The notes beneath the pieces were generated by a model, which worked only from the letters and a program-made list of their open reading frames with translations, made no database searches and was not told the origin of the DNA. A stretch of DNA of 64,000 nucleotides from Plasmodiophora brassicae (lineage: Eukaryota), in assembly GCA_036867785.1 (NCBI GenBank), contig CP145412.1:1116001-1180000 (forward strand). The letters run 5' to 3'. Positions 24,976 through 36,964 of the stretch are shown one piece after another. Positions within the stretch are counted from its first letter, which is position 1. Every line of letters begins with the position of its first letter. The position numbers and the translations under genes were made by a program.

Positions 24976-25333
24976 CCAGGCCTGATCGTGGGCAGTGTTG
25001 GGGGCGCGAGTCCCCCCCCCCCGCGGCCCTCGCCCGCGTGAATCTGCGGGGAGTGCGCGCCCATTTCGGAGTTGCGCCACGGGGGTAACGTGTCCGGCCG
25101 CGGATTGGTTGCAGCGGGCGGCGGGTTGGGTTGCACTTGCAGCGGGCGCAACCTTGGACAATCCATTGGTGACGGGGAATCGAACATGCGAACGCAGATG
25201 AAGCGGACGGATACGCTGAATTTATCGGCCCCGATGGACGACCGCGATGAGGTCGCTGTTGCGAAGGGCGCCAGGGTCAGGCAATGCCGATCGTGTCACT
25301 GCGGGCGACTGATGCGGGGCGCAGGGGATCAGC

Positions 25334-26702
25334 ATGACGAAGGTTGCGGACGAGGAGGCGGTCGAGAATGCTCAGGGCGCCAAGCGCCAGGTTCGCACCA
25401 GTGTCAAGGTCGGAGGCTGCCACGTGCTGATGACGTCGCTGATTCCCACCTGTAGGTACACCATGCGCCCGGAGGCGCAAGTCAGTGCCCGTTCGGTAGG
25501 GAGGACACAATGGCTCCTGCGACTCCGATCAGGCGTGGCAGAAACTCGAGCCAAATGGTTGACCATGTGCGCCTTGCCAGCCGCTAACAGCTTCCTGAAC
25601 CAATTGTAGAGCCAGGTGTTGTCGACACCAGGCCGGCTGCCGTCTGCTTCATTCGAAGATGCATCTGGGAACATTGTCAGGCGCTCGTCCGAGGAGGCGA
25701 TGGAACGCGCAGGCTCATCTCCTGCGGTGGGGAAGTCTCGCCCCGAACAGCATACGTCGATCAAAATATTCCATGCTCCTGGAGGGCACAGCCGGATCCA
25801 GCTGGGCGGTGATACGTCTGCCCAAGAACGAGGTCTGGTCCTTCAGTGCGGTACCCGACAAGGCATCGGAAACTAAGTCATGAATCAGACTCCCGAAAGC
25901 CAGCGCCCGCCCCGAAAGAATCTTTCGTATCGTCGGCCGTCCCAAACTCGCCTGTGGTCGGCAAGGCCCGCCCTGATGAACACACATCCGTGAAGATTCA
26001 CTATGCTCCCGGCGGCTACTCGTCCATGGCGTCTCTCCTAGGCCAAGACGATTCAACCGCACCGACTCGCGAGTCTCACGTTCGACCAAACAACGTTCAG
26101 CGAGAGGCGGTCGCTTCGCAAGCTCCCTGGCAACACGTCAGTTGTGTACAATTATCTTTCTCTATATGTTTAGTTACTCACGTCCTCAGTGTAGGTTGGC
26201 AGCAAGCTAGACCAAACTCTGTCGCCTATTGTGGAAGCACATGCGGCGCCCAGCTCTTCGGCCGCTCCTGATGTGCCTGTGGTCGGCAAGGCGCGTCCTG
26301 ATGAGCATACGTCTGTGAAAATCTACTACGCCCCCGGCGGGTACTCGTCGATGGCGTCTCTCATAGGCCAAGACGATTCCAGCGCACCGGATCGTGAGCA
26401 TCGCGGTCGACGTCATTACGTGAACGGTGGCCGCCCTGACACGACTACGTCGAACGGTCGCCAGCAGGAAGTCAGTTGGTACAACTCGTTCGTCAACCGG
26501 AGTGTACTTATTTGTTTCGCGTCAGACTGGTGCAACTGTCCAATCGGAACTGCCAGAAGCGCGCCCGGCGTCGCTCGCTCGTACGTCGACACGCGTGCGT
26601 AACGCTCCTGGTACGTCACCGTGCCGTTTCGTTCACATGTCATGGTCACTGACAACGCCGTCAGGCGGGTCCTCAAACGGCAACATCCTGACCTGGCAGT
26701 AG
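25334..26702 (+). CDS. Protein with five TS(V/I/T)(K/R)xxxAPGG motifs, SPIRAL1/Jupiter(HN1)-like putative microtubule-binding protein
   Basis: After splicing: RTSVKVHHAPGGAS, HTSIKIFHAPGGHS, HTSVKIHYAPGGYSS, HTSVKIYYAPGGYSS, RTSTRVRNAPGGSS..WQ*. Confidence 0.65.
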
Positions 26703-26901
26703 GGATCGCATTCCGGTCCTGTTGCCGTTCGCTCTTCTTCCATTACACTGTCGCAGGCCACGTTCGAATGCCTAGTCCGTGTATAACGACCGCGAACAAT
26801 GATGACGCGCCTGTGACCCGAATGTGTTTATTGTCGTCCGACCACCCGTTACGCCTGTCCTGAGTGGGGTGGTCGCGTCGGTACCCGCCCGCAACCCACA
26901 A

Positions 26902-29900
26902 TCATGCCAAATTGGCAGCGTGGTCCACGTCTGGACCCCTGCGGGCATCGGCGTTGCCAACGTCGGGTTTGCTCGCCAGCTTGCCGTTGTCGTTGTTGTT
27001 GGCGGCGTGGCCAACGGGCACCGAATCCGCGCGGCGCTCTTGCCGCGTCCGAAGTCGCCTGACCAGGCATCGTCCCAGGCAGCACACGAGAATCGTCGTG
27101 ATCAAGGCGAGGCCCGCTGCCATAGCGATGGTGAGCGGCGTCCAGAATTGCGAGATGACGATCGGGTCCCGGTAGTAGTCGGGGAGGACGGCGGTCGTGC
27201 AATTGCCGGTGGCGATCTTGCCGGCCACCACCAGCGCGTACGGTTGCGAATTGCCGACGGGCACCTTGTACCCGGTGACGGTGACGTTAAAGTCGACCTT
27301 GCTGCTCGGGTCCGTGTTCAGGTAGACCGCCTCGACGTTGTTCAACCGGTCCGGGGCGCTGCCGCCGTTGCCGAGCAGCGGGTGGCCACCGGCGTGCACG
27401 GCCAGGTCGAGGTCGTTGACGAGCTGGACCGTGGCCCCGGCCGCCGGCGGCGGGTCGGTCCACACCAGCGTCACCCGAACCTGGACCGACCCCGGCCAGG
27501 CACAGAACTGGTAGGAATGCGATTCGCCGGCCGCGATCGTGCGATCGTGGAAGTCGTCGGCGCTGGCGAACTCCTTCCCCGGGATGAACTGGATGTACCC
27601 CATCGAGTAGTCCTGGACGAACACCGAACGCGTCAGCTGGAACCGGCCGAACCCTTGGTCGAAGTTCGGCACAGATCCGCCAACGTCCCTATGCAGGTGG
27701 GCGGCTCAGCGATACGGCCCTGCCGTGATGGAGCCAGGGCACCGACTTCCAGGACGTGCCAGGGCAGCTGGCCGCCTTCTCCTGCTCGACCTCGGTCCTG
27801 TAATCCGTGCTGATCAGGCGCTGGCCGCCCAGGTGGACGGCCCCGTTGATGACAAGCGCCTTGAGCAGGGCGGCGGACGGTGTGAACCCGTTGCCGGCGA
27901 CCTGGTACCCGGTCGGGTGATAACCTTCAACCAGGTACTGACGGATCAGCGCCAGCCCCCCTGGACGAACGTCAGTACGCTGCCCGGCTGCTGCTGCCCA
28001 TAGGCAGACGAACCTGTTAGAGACGGGACCGAGGTCGACGTCCCCATGGCCTGGCACAGGCAGTCGCCGGGCGAGTCGCCGCAATGTGGGGACGACGGGT
28101 TCCCACATGCCGATGTGACCGTGAACCCGGGCGTCTACCCAGCGCGTGCCCGGTTAGCGAATCCTGCTCGCAGGCACGCAGGTGGTGCCACGTGGTCGTA
28201 CGAGGATGTCGGGTTTGATACGACCGTCGAGCGTGGGCCCCACGCTGCTGTACGATGGAATGTCGTCGATGCCGTAATGCGACGCGCCCACGGCGGCCAC
28301 TTCCGCGGGCACCATTGTCGACCCGAACCCGAAGAGCGATCCCGACAGCGACGCCTGCGGTTGGCCAGAGCTGCCGACAGCGAGCGCGTTCTTGCTGGTC
28401 GCCGGCGACGTCAGCGAGCTCGGCTGGCCGCACCACCTACGTCGTCTGAGCAGATGGAACGTCACCTGGGTCGACAGCAGCGCTGGCTTACCCAAAGTTG
28501 CCGGCGGCGAACGCTGGCAGGAAGTCCTTGTGCGCGTACGTGAACGTGTCCACGTCGTGGGCGTACGTATCTGTTGGCGACGATCGTTTGGTGAGGTCCA
28601 GGTGGGAGGGGGATTGGCCCGTGTCGACCCAGACCGTATCCATTGTTGTTCGGGTCGCCCCAGGCGTTGCAGCTGACACGAGCGCCGGCAGCGTACCCGT
28701 ACGGGAACAGGCCCGTGTTCAGGTCAGTGGGCACGCTCAGCCCTGCCGACACCGTCCCGATGCCGAAGAAGGCGATCTTGGCGTTGGGCGCCATGCCGCG
28801 ATGCCTGCCCCCGTACACCTGATGAGCCAGGAACAACAGGAGCATAACGGCCAGAAGGCACATACGAAACATAGTCGCCGTGGGCGTGGCCAGAGGCGGG
28901 CGACCCGGCCGCCGTTGCCGACACGTGCGTCCCGTGCCCAGAGAGCGATGGGTTCGAATCGTTCGTACTGCCCGCGTACCTGTGGGTGGGCGCGTTCCAC
29001 ACACGCGAGTCAGTCGCCGACCGGCCCGGGGAGGTCACCGCCTGCGGCGACGCCTACGTGACGTATTGGACGATCTTGCGCCTGGAACGCGCGTCGTCGT
29101 CCAGCGTTGCCAGGGCGCCGCCGTTCTTCGTCCATGGCAGGAACGGCGGCGGCTTCACGTCACCCGAATCGGCCTCGGCAAACAGGCAATGGTGCCAGTT
29201 GATGCCAGTGTCGGTGATGGCAATGACCTATCGACGAGCATTCGTCAGGGAGGGCGATCGCGCTGGGCGCCGTTTCTCACCTGGTTATCGCCCTGCAAGG
29301 CGTTCAACGTGGCTGACAGCTCGCGCTTGCCATTCTCCTGCCCAGTGGTGCCCACCGTTGTCGCCCAATTATTCATCGGCCTCATGCGCGACATCCTCTG
29401 GATGAACAGCACCTGAACGGGTCGCCAGAGGTCACACACCGCTCCCGCGCGAACGACCTGACCGCGGCGAGCAACCTTCGGGTTGACGGCCAGCTGGGTC
29501 AGTAGGGCGTCCGCGTCGGTGTCGTTGCCGATCACATAGACGATCCGGTTGCCGGATATGGTCCGGTCGCCATCGGGCCACGCGTCGTCCTCGCTGTCGT
29601 CGTCCGCCAAGCTGACCGCGATGGCGTCGCCCGGTTTCAGCTGTCCCATGGTGCCATTGCGCCACAGGTCTTCGGCGACCTTGTCCTGCGGAAGCATGAA
29701 ACTGCTCCAGACGATGCCTGGCGATCCCTGCACGGCAACCAGCAGGTCCCGGTACCTGACACGGTCGGTCGGGATCGTTGGCGATGTGAGTGGGCGCAGG
29801 ACCCCCGAACCGCGCCTACCTGGCATAGACGAGGAACGCGTTGTCGGGGTAGTAATTCAGGATCTGGATGCGATGCCCATCGCGAAGGTCGTCGGCGATG

Positions 29901-30139
29901 GCAGAGAAGTTCGCACGCAGCGCCTGGTCGATCTGGACGAGGAAGACGTGCCTCGTGCGGCTTCGCAGGTGCCCGGCGTGCGTCCGGTTGGTCGAATCGG
30001 GGATGTCGGTCCAGAAGTGCCCCCCGCCCGACGTCGACTTGGGCCCGGATTGCAGATAGACGGTGCGGTGGCAGGCAGAGGCACAGGACGCCAGGAAGAG
30101 GGTGGCCGTCGCCAGAGCCCAGGTTGCCATTCGCGACAT
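26902..30139 (-). CDS. Subtilisin-like S8 serine protease (KP-43/TagC-like) with signal peptide and C-terminal TM helix
   Basis: Signal MATWALATATLFLASCASA; triad motifs DTG, GHGTHV, GTST; FAAGN; SKNALAVG; GRIKPDI; SAALLKALVINGA; QGFGR; VNDLDL; NNVE; TM helix LTIAMAAGLALITTILVCCL. Confidence 0.88.
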
Positions 30140-30242
30140 CGGACCAGTCCCGATTGACGATTTACTGGGATTGGCACGCGTCGTCGCTGCCGAAGACCAT
30201 CGGATATCTGTATTACCGCACCCAGATATCTTCTGCCGCTGC

Positions 30243-31408
30243 TCACGTCCCGAAGTGAAAGCGAACAACGACACCGAGGTGGTCCGATGGGAACACGCGG
30301 CCGATGTGGTTGGGAGGGGCATCGGCCGGCAGGTCCACAGCGATTCGTCCAAAGGTGCGGTATGACGTCGATTGGACAAGGCCCTTGTCCAGCGACCTGT
30401 ACAGGACGCGATCGAGACGGGCCCTGGGCTCCTTGTCACTCGGGTGCCAGTCTCCATACGTGGCACCGTCGTCGCCTTCGCTTGCATCTGGTGCGACGAA
30501 TCAGCAGCGGAACGCATCTGGGACGGCAATGATGAACTGACAGGAGTCGGCCCAGCCAAGGTTCGCGATGTGCTGCGTTTCGCCAACGTCATCGCAGACG
30601 TTAAAGTCGCCGCACACGATGGCGACTGGCCACGATCGCAGGTGCTGGGTGACCTGGCGAAGTTGGTGTTCGCGAACGGGGCGGTCCTCGCAGTACGATT
30701 CCAGGTGGAACGTGCCGACCGCCACGAGTGCGTTCTTGAACGCGAGGACAACCCTGACGAGGCTGCGACCTAAGCGGGTCTGCTCGAAAGGAACCTTTTG
30801 TATCGACACGATCGGCAATCGCCGATGCACGAGAATCGCTGCGCCATACCAGGACCTGTCAGACCATCGTTACGAAGCACGGCTGCCGATAACGACGGGT
30901 TCCTACCCGTTGTCAAACGTGGAGCCGTCGACGTCACTGAGAACGAACGACTCCCGAATCCAAGGTTGCCGACGTGCTAGCGCCAGGAATGCGGCCGTGC
31001 ATTCCTGCAGGCAGATGACGTCGGGCGTCATGTCCCTTATTGTGTCCAGCGATTTCTGCCAGCGAATCCCCGAGTACAACTTCCCGAACCATACGTTCAG
31101 CGTCACAATCGTCAGGTCGGAGACGTGCTGCCTATACCAGTGCACGTTAGACGCCCCCACCCGAATATTATTCCCCCATGTTCCCTCCCACTGACTTACG
31201 CGTCCTGGTCATCGGAGAATCGCTTCACCCAGACCCCATTTACATAGTACCTTGGCGGGATCGAGACGGCATTCGGCGCGGCCGCTTCATACAGTATATG
31301 GATGGGAATCGTCCTACAAATAAGGCCATATAAGGCGACGATGAGGACGGCCCCGACTAGGAATAGGGCGAGCACTGTCCGACGCCGCTCGAGGCGTGAT
31401 ATCATCAT
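30243..31408 (-). CDS. TDP2-like endonuclease/exonuclease/phosphatase with N-terminal hydrophobic anchor
   Basis: VTLNVWF, PDVICLQE, TFHLES, CGDFN, PSDHLGV; N-terminal VLALFLVGAVLIVALYGLI. Confidence 0.82.
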
Positions 31409-31454
31409 CCATACGGTAGGCGGGCCCGTAGACAGTATCCGTCACACATCACTG

Positions 31455-31685
31455 CGCTGATCGGAGGCTCAGCCATTCACGAATCCAGCCTGTACGTTTA
31501 CAATCCAACAAAGTGGTTCAGCTGTTCTGTCGTTCGACGATGGCGACCAAAGAACAGGACACTGTCCGGGTCACGCCCCATGAACTGTTTGACGACGGCG
31601 ACGGCCTGGCGAGTGTTCGTCCCGTGGTCAATCGGTCCCTTCTTGCGCCCGTCGATGTCGTACGTTGCAATCTGCGGCTGGATCT
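31455..31685 (-). pseudogene. Second duplicated 3' end (plus 3' flank) of the UCH gene
   Basis: Matches 34545-34770 in the same orientation and shares a 15-bp deletion with the 17.9 kb copy. Confidence 0.88.
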
Positions 31686-32386
31686 GAGGCTGAAGTTCTA
31701 AGGTATATTATTTCATCGCCGCCTGGCATTTCGTGTAACTGACCGGTATTTATGTTGATCGGAACGTGTATGGCTATGCATCATTATAAGGGATCTGTTG
31801 ACCGATGCTACGACGGTCTCTTCAACGAATCTGGATCAAGGGCGACCCCTTTGGCACGCTTCAAGGTGCTGCTGGGCCACCTGCGGGGGTTCCGCTCATC
31901 GGAACGATCTGGTTCCAGTTATTCCAATGTCGTTGGCTGTACAGATTACAGCCCTCAGTACCGTCCTTTGGAACGCGCTGTGTTCGCTGCGTCGCGAAAG
32001 ATATTTCTGAACGGCCACACGTGGCTTGTTATCGATGGCGAGCTGATTCCATCACGATCGCAAACAGTCCAAGTATCGACTACGCTATTATGTTCTCCAT
32101 AAGTGATAATGGCACATTGTTCTTTAGGTTAAGTCCTTCCAGCCCCGAAAGACTGGGAAAGAAGGAGCAAGCGGTGATCAGATCGCTGAGACTTTGAGTG
32201 GTGCTATGGTCGGCGCGCGTTACGATCTAAAGGTGCCAAGACATTGAACGCTATTACTGGTCGCCATTCAAAGCCTCAGCGTTGGTCGGTGATGCACAGC
32301 CATACACGTTCCGACCAACATAATACCGGTCAGTTACACGAAATGCCAGGCGCCGATGAAATAATATACCTTAGAACTTCAGCCTC
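31686..32386. mobile_element. Non-autonomous DNA transposon: about 98-bp terminal inverted repeats, 4-bp ATCT duplication, piggyBac-like transposase remnant
   Basis: Left end gaggctgaagttctaaggtatattatttcatc...tgcatca (31686-31783) is the near-perfect reverse complement of 32290-32386. ATCT lies at 31682-31685 and 32387-32390. The interior encodes LARFKVLL..RPLE..WLVIDGELIPSRS..KTGKEG. Confidence 0.85.
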
Positions 32387-32650
32387 ATCTGCATGGGTTC
32401 GTTGGCCGGCAGCCGCGTGCTTAGGCCGCCCGTTGACGTTCCGATATTCTGTTGCTGACGACTTGCTCCATGGTGGTGGCCGCCTTGTGGTATCAGGAGA
32501 CGATCGTCGATTGGAGATCACCCGCACCCTGCATGATCATGCCGTTGATGGCTACTTCCGTGAGGCCAAGACAACCGAACCCATAATGCGGGAATCCTGG
32601 TGGCCTCGTTGTAATAATAGATGCCTTGCTGCAGGTACTGGATGGAATCA

Positions 32651-33750
32651 TTAGGTGTTCGTCCTGCAGTTGTTGTACGAGTCGGGTGCGACGTTGATCA
32701 TTCGTGCTGGGCGGCGTCCCGCTCGTCCTTGTCGTGCGCGGACCTCTACCTCAGGTTCGCCACCGTGTCGGCCTTGAAGCAGCCCAGCGCGTGGGTCGAC
32801 ATCAGGTCGGCGATGGACAGGAAGTCGTCGCGGTGGGCGCGAACGACCAGGTTCCCGCTGGTGCGGAGCTCGACGAACCATTTCCACCGGACCGAGTCGT
32901 ACTTGTCCATGACCTCGACCATATCCAGCGTCAGCTTGGACCCGCCCGGCTCGACCTTCATGTCCTTGGCCGGCGATATGTCAAAGATGAAGCCGAAGTC
33001 AATGTGGACGACGTGGCCGTCGTCGTCGAGCAGGATGTGGCCGCTGTGCTGGTCCTTGACCTGCAGCAGGTAGCTGCAGAAGGCATGGGCGCCGGCCATG
33101 GACAGGACAAAGTGTCGCTGCGCCTCCTGCTTGACGGCGGCGCCCTCGGCCCGGCCAAACTTGGACAGGAAGTAGCCGCGCGGGCTCAGGCCGTTGCTCT
33201 TGCTGAGGTCGTCGCGCGACGCCGACCTGCGAACGCACTCGATCACGCCGCCCAGGGCGCGGGTCGCCCGCGTCCGGTTCGGCATCGCCAGCGGGTACGG
33301 GTAGACGAACAGGGGCAGGTCGACGGACGCGAACACGCCCTGGGCCAGGCGGATGAACTGTAGCGCCAGGCAGTCCTGGCGGCAGCCGTCGCCGGCCGGG
33401 AAGATCACCTGCTTCGTGGAGACGACGGCGGCGGCGGCAGCGGCGGGGGCCCGGGAGGAGCGCACCAGGAACTCGTCGAGGAACGGGACACGCGCCGCCG
33501 ACTGCAGCGGCTTGGGCGTCGGCACCAGGATGTCGACGACCTGCGCCGTGTGATCCGTCGGCAGGTACAGCGGGTGCCGGGAAGCCGGCAAGTGCCGCAC
33601 GATCACGTTGTCGATGGCTTTCGTCAGCTCGACCATTTGACGACTCGTCGCCAGCTTGAAGCCGTGCGCCTGCCCCTTCGGTGCCAGGTCCAGCACGGCA
33701 GGGCCCACTGCGATGGTCGCCACAACGTTCGACTGCATCCAGATCGTGCG
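32651..33750 (-). pseudogene. Phosphatidylinositol 4-kinase (alpha/Stt4-type) catalytic-domain fragment, degenerate
   Basis: PLQSAARVPF, IFPAGDGCRQD (expected FKVGDDCRQD), GVIECV, KDQHSGHIL (expected KDRHNGNI), HIDFGFIFDISP; stop and frameshift in the C-terminal part. Confidence 0.82.
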
Positions 33751-33854
33751 CGTCATCCGCTGATTCGCAAGCGTTGCCCTGGAAGAATACACACGTCATT
33801 AGAGGGATGTGGCCAGTGTTCCCGTGCGCACCGTACCAGTGGTAGGCCATCACA

Positions 33855-34545
33855 TTGTTCCTGGGACGTTCCGGGTGCGGTTTCCAGCTCGGACGAGCAG
33901 TGCCTGGCGATCGAGTCGCGACAGGTCCTCCGGGTGGTGACGGGGCGCCTGCACAACTCAGAACAGCATCGTGGAGTGTACCTCAGGTTGACGAACCTGG
34001 GGCGTCCGGAGATCCGGGTGGTGGCGCTGGTGGAGACACCCCAGAAGGTGCTGCCCAGGTGCAGGACTGGACCTCGTGTCGCAGCTTGCCAGGTCGTCGA
34101 GGACCTCCGGGGGTGACAGGCACGCGCCCAGGCTGCGCAGGCCCCTCGCCAGCGCACGACGTACACGAGACAGGCTTGACCGCGGGTTCTGCTGGCGCCC
34201 AGCGGGCACGGCGTCGCACGACCTGCCCTGGTTGTTGCCCATGCCTTCCCAGCAACACCGAATCGTTATGTGGCCGAGAATCCCGGTCGTACCGCTTAGC
34301 GTCCGAGTGGGTAACTATCTGCATAGGGCACGCGCCACTGCGGGGGTGCCACGTTACACACACAGAGACACACCACGACCTGCCAGCACAACCGTTGCGT
34401 CGTCTGGAAAGCACTGCCATTTCGTCTCTTGGCATGAATATGCATTATGGACCCACCCGTGTCCGCTGCATCACGCGCGTATCGCCGCCACGTACGATTA
34501 AACAACGAGAACGCACCCACCGACAGGTCAACGCTGTACGAACGC
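33855..34545. repeat. Dispersed repeat R
   Basis: Reverse complement of about 18145-18980 and direct match to 18996-19500; part also occurs at 24770-24975. Confidence 0.9.
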
Positions 34546-34607
34546 TCTGACCGGAGGCTCGCCCATGCACAAATCCGGTCCGTTCGTTTACAATCCAGCA
34601 AATGGGT

Positions 34608-35558
34608 TCAGCTGTCCTGCCGTTCGACGATGGCGACCATTGAGAACCGGACACTGTCCGGGTCACGCCCCATGAACTGTTTGACGACGGCAACGGCATC
34701 GTGGAGTAGGGCCTCACGAGAGGTCGGCCCGTGGTCAATCGGACCCTTCTTGCGCCCGTCCAGTTCGTACAGGCGCCCGCGGATGCAGGTCAACGTGACG
34801 AAATGCAGGTTGACGTTCTCCAAATCGTCTGGCAGATCAGACTGCCCCTGAGCTGGGACGAAGGATCGCTCAGTACAGTGAACTCTCATTCAACTACAGC
34901 CCACAGAGCCTACCCGCGGCATCGTGATGCGCTTCCTTGATACTGTCATCCCCGGCGAGCGATTCCGCCCGTCCATCCGGCGACTGACGCAGCGTACGTC
35001 TGTGGAAGTCGTCGAAGAACTTGCCGGGTTGCAACCTGACGATGCCACGCGTCAGCGAATCGTACCTGTCGCATCAACCGGGGTCGTTCTCGGTTCGTCG
35101 CACCTGAGCCGATCCAGGTTGTTGTACACAGCATGCAGCAGGGCAACGGTGCCGCACGCGTTCGACACGGTCTGTTTCGTATACCAGACGCCGTCAGGGA
35201 CCTGACAGCAATCGTCAGACATCGGGCCGAACGGACTCGGGCGCGGGGTGACCACCGAGGCGGCCTGCGTCTTCGCCTCCTGCCGGCGATGCTGTTCGGA
35301 GGCGTCCGTGATCGGAAACACGCAGAGGACGGCAAGGACGCCGGGTGGCACCATCGCGAGCAGGTCGGGATCGGTCCCATAGACATCAACGCAGTCGAAC
35401 GCGTCGGCGCACAGCCCTGCCCCAGCGCCGACCCCCCGTTCAGGCACACACACAGCGACAGAGTCAGACGCGCCCATACCGAGGCCCTGCAGGTACCCGA
35501 CGATCGCGTCCGGGTTGGACTCCAGCGGCAACCAGTGGTCGTCGGCGCCGCCCGCCAT
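34608..35558 (-). CDS. Ubiquitin C-terminal hydrolase, UCH-L3/YUH1-like (peptidase C12), multi-exon
   Basis: WLPLESNP, KQTVSNACGTVALLHA (catalytic Cys), NLHFV (His), LYELDGRK (Asp). Confidence 0.92.
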
Positions 35559-35730
35559 CTCCGCCCGCGCCCGCGCCGGAATGCACTATGTATGATGATG
35601 TTACCGCACCCGGGGAGGGCGGCGGCACCAGCGCCGTCACCGTCGTCACCGCTGTGTGCCGTGTGTGCATTCGACACTCAAGCAACCGCGGTGCGATCTT
35701 CGAGGAAATATCTCGACGAACGGGGCGGTG

Positions 35731-36879
35731 ATGACGGTGGCGGCGACGAAACGGCGAAAGACCGACGACGTCGGCGACAGCGCGCTGTCCCGATCGCTGG
35801 TCGGCCTGCAGGGCGTACTGCAGGCGGCACACCGCGCCAACGACGACCTGGGCCCCGCGCTCGCGTTCGTCCGCCGGCACGTCGACGCCGGGCGCCCGAT
35901 CCGCGTCGTAGGCCTCGCTCGTGCGCGTTGCCAGGCCTCGTTTCCGATGCGCAGCGTCCAGGTCGTTGCTGCCGGCGCCGACCACGATCGACCGGGGCCG
36001 ACGAGCGCCCCCGACGCCGGTCTGTCCGTTGGGCCCAGCGCCCTGGTACGCCCTGTCGTCGTCGTCGTCGTCGGTCGTCGTCGTTCACTTATGCAATGGG
36101 CGGGTCAGGCGGCGCACCTGGTGTGCGATGCGGTCCCCGAGCACATCATACGCGTCAGTGTGCTCCGCCTGCCCGCGTTCGGCGACGTCGGCGCGTTCCG
36201 CCTGGCCCGCTGCCTGCCTCGCATGCGGGCGCTGAGGCACCTGCAGATCAGGTCGCCCCCCGACGACATTGCCCGACGACGACGACGACGCGCGCGCTGA
36301 ACGGATTCGCAGCGATTGTAGCATGGGCCCGGCGGCGTGCATCGCGATCGGGACGGGGTTGGCGTCGGTGGCGCGCCCCCTGGCCAGCCTGTGCCTGGAC
36401 TACAACGAGATCGGCACCGCTGGCCTGCGCCACCTGAACCGGTGCAACGCGCTCGGCGCCGTCGAGGACGTCAGCCTCGCGTTCTGCGGCCTGGTCGACG
36501 TGTCCCTGCTGGCCAGCGTCCTCGCCGGGCCCAGCGCCTGCATCAGGTCGCCCCCCGCTCGGCACACGGCCGCGTGCGCCGCTGAACGAAGTTGCCATGT
36601 GTATGTAGGCGATTGGACCTGTCCGGGAACCGGATCGCGTCGATCGGCGCGATCGCCATCAGCGCCGGCCTGGCGTCGAACACCACCCTGGAACGGATCG
36701 ACCTGTCGTGCACCGCCATGGGCGCGTACGCCGCTCGGACGCTGCACGACGTCGTCGGGCGTCGCACGCCGGCGAACAGTCTGACCGTCATCGCCGACGG
36801 CAACAACCTCGTGTCGATCGGCAACCCGACGCGCCTGATCCCGAGTTGGCCGGTTCCACCGTGTGATTACACGACCTAG
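35731..36879 (+). CDS. RNI-like leucine-rich-repeat protein, multi-exon
   Basis: LASLCLDYNEIGTAG, VEDVSLAFCGL, LDLSGNRIASIG..LASNTTLERIDLSCTAMG. Confidence 0.7.
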
Positions 36880-36964
36880 GGTCGGTCGATCGTCGCAGTA
36901 CCTGTGTGCCGATATCGCACCGCATTGGTCGAGCGATACTGGTGCTGCCCGCCCGATGCACTGA

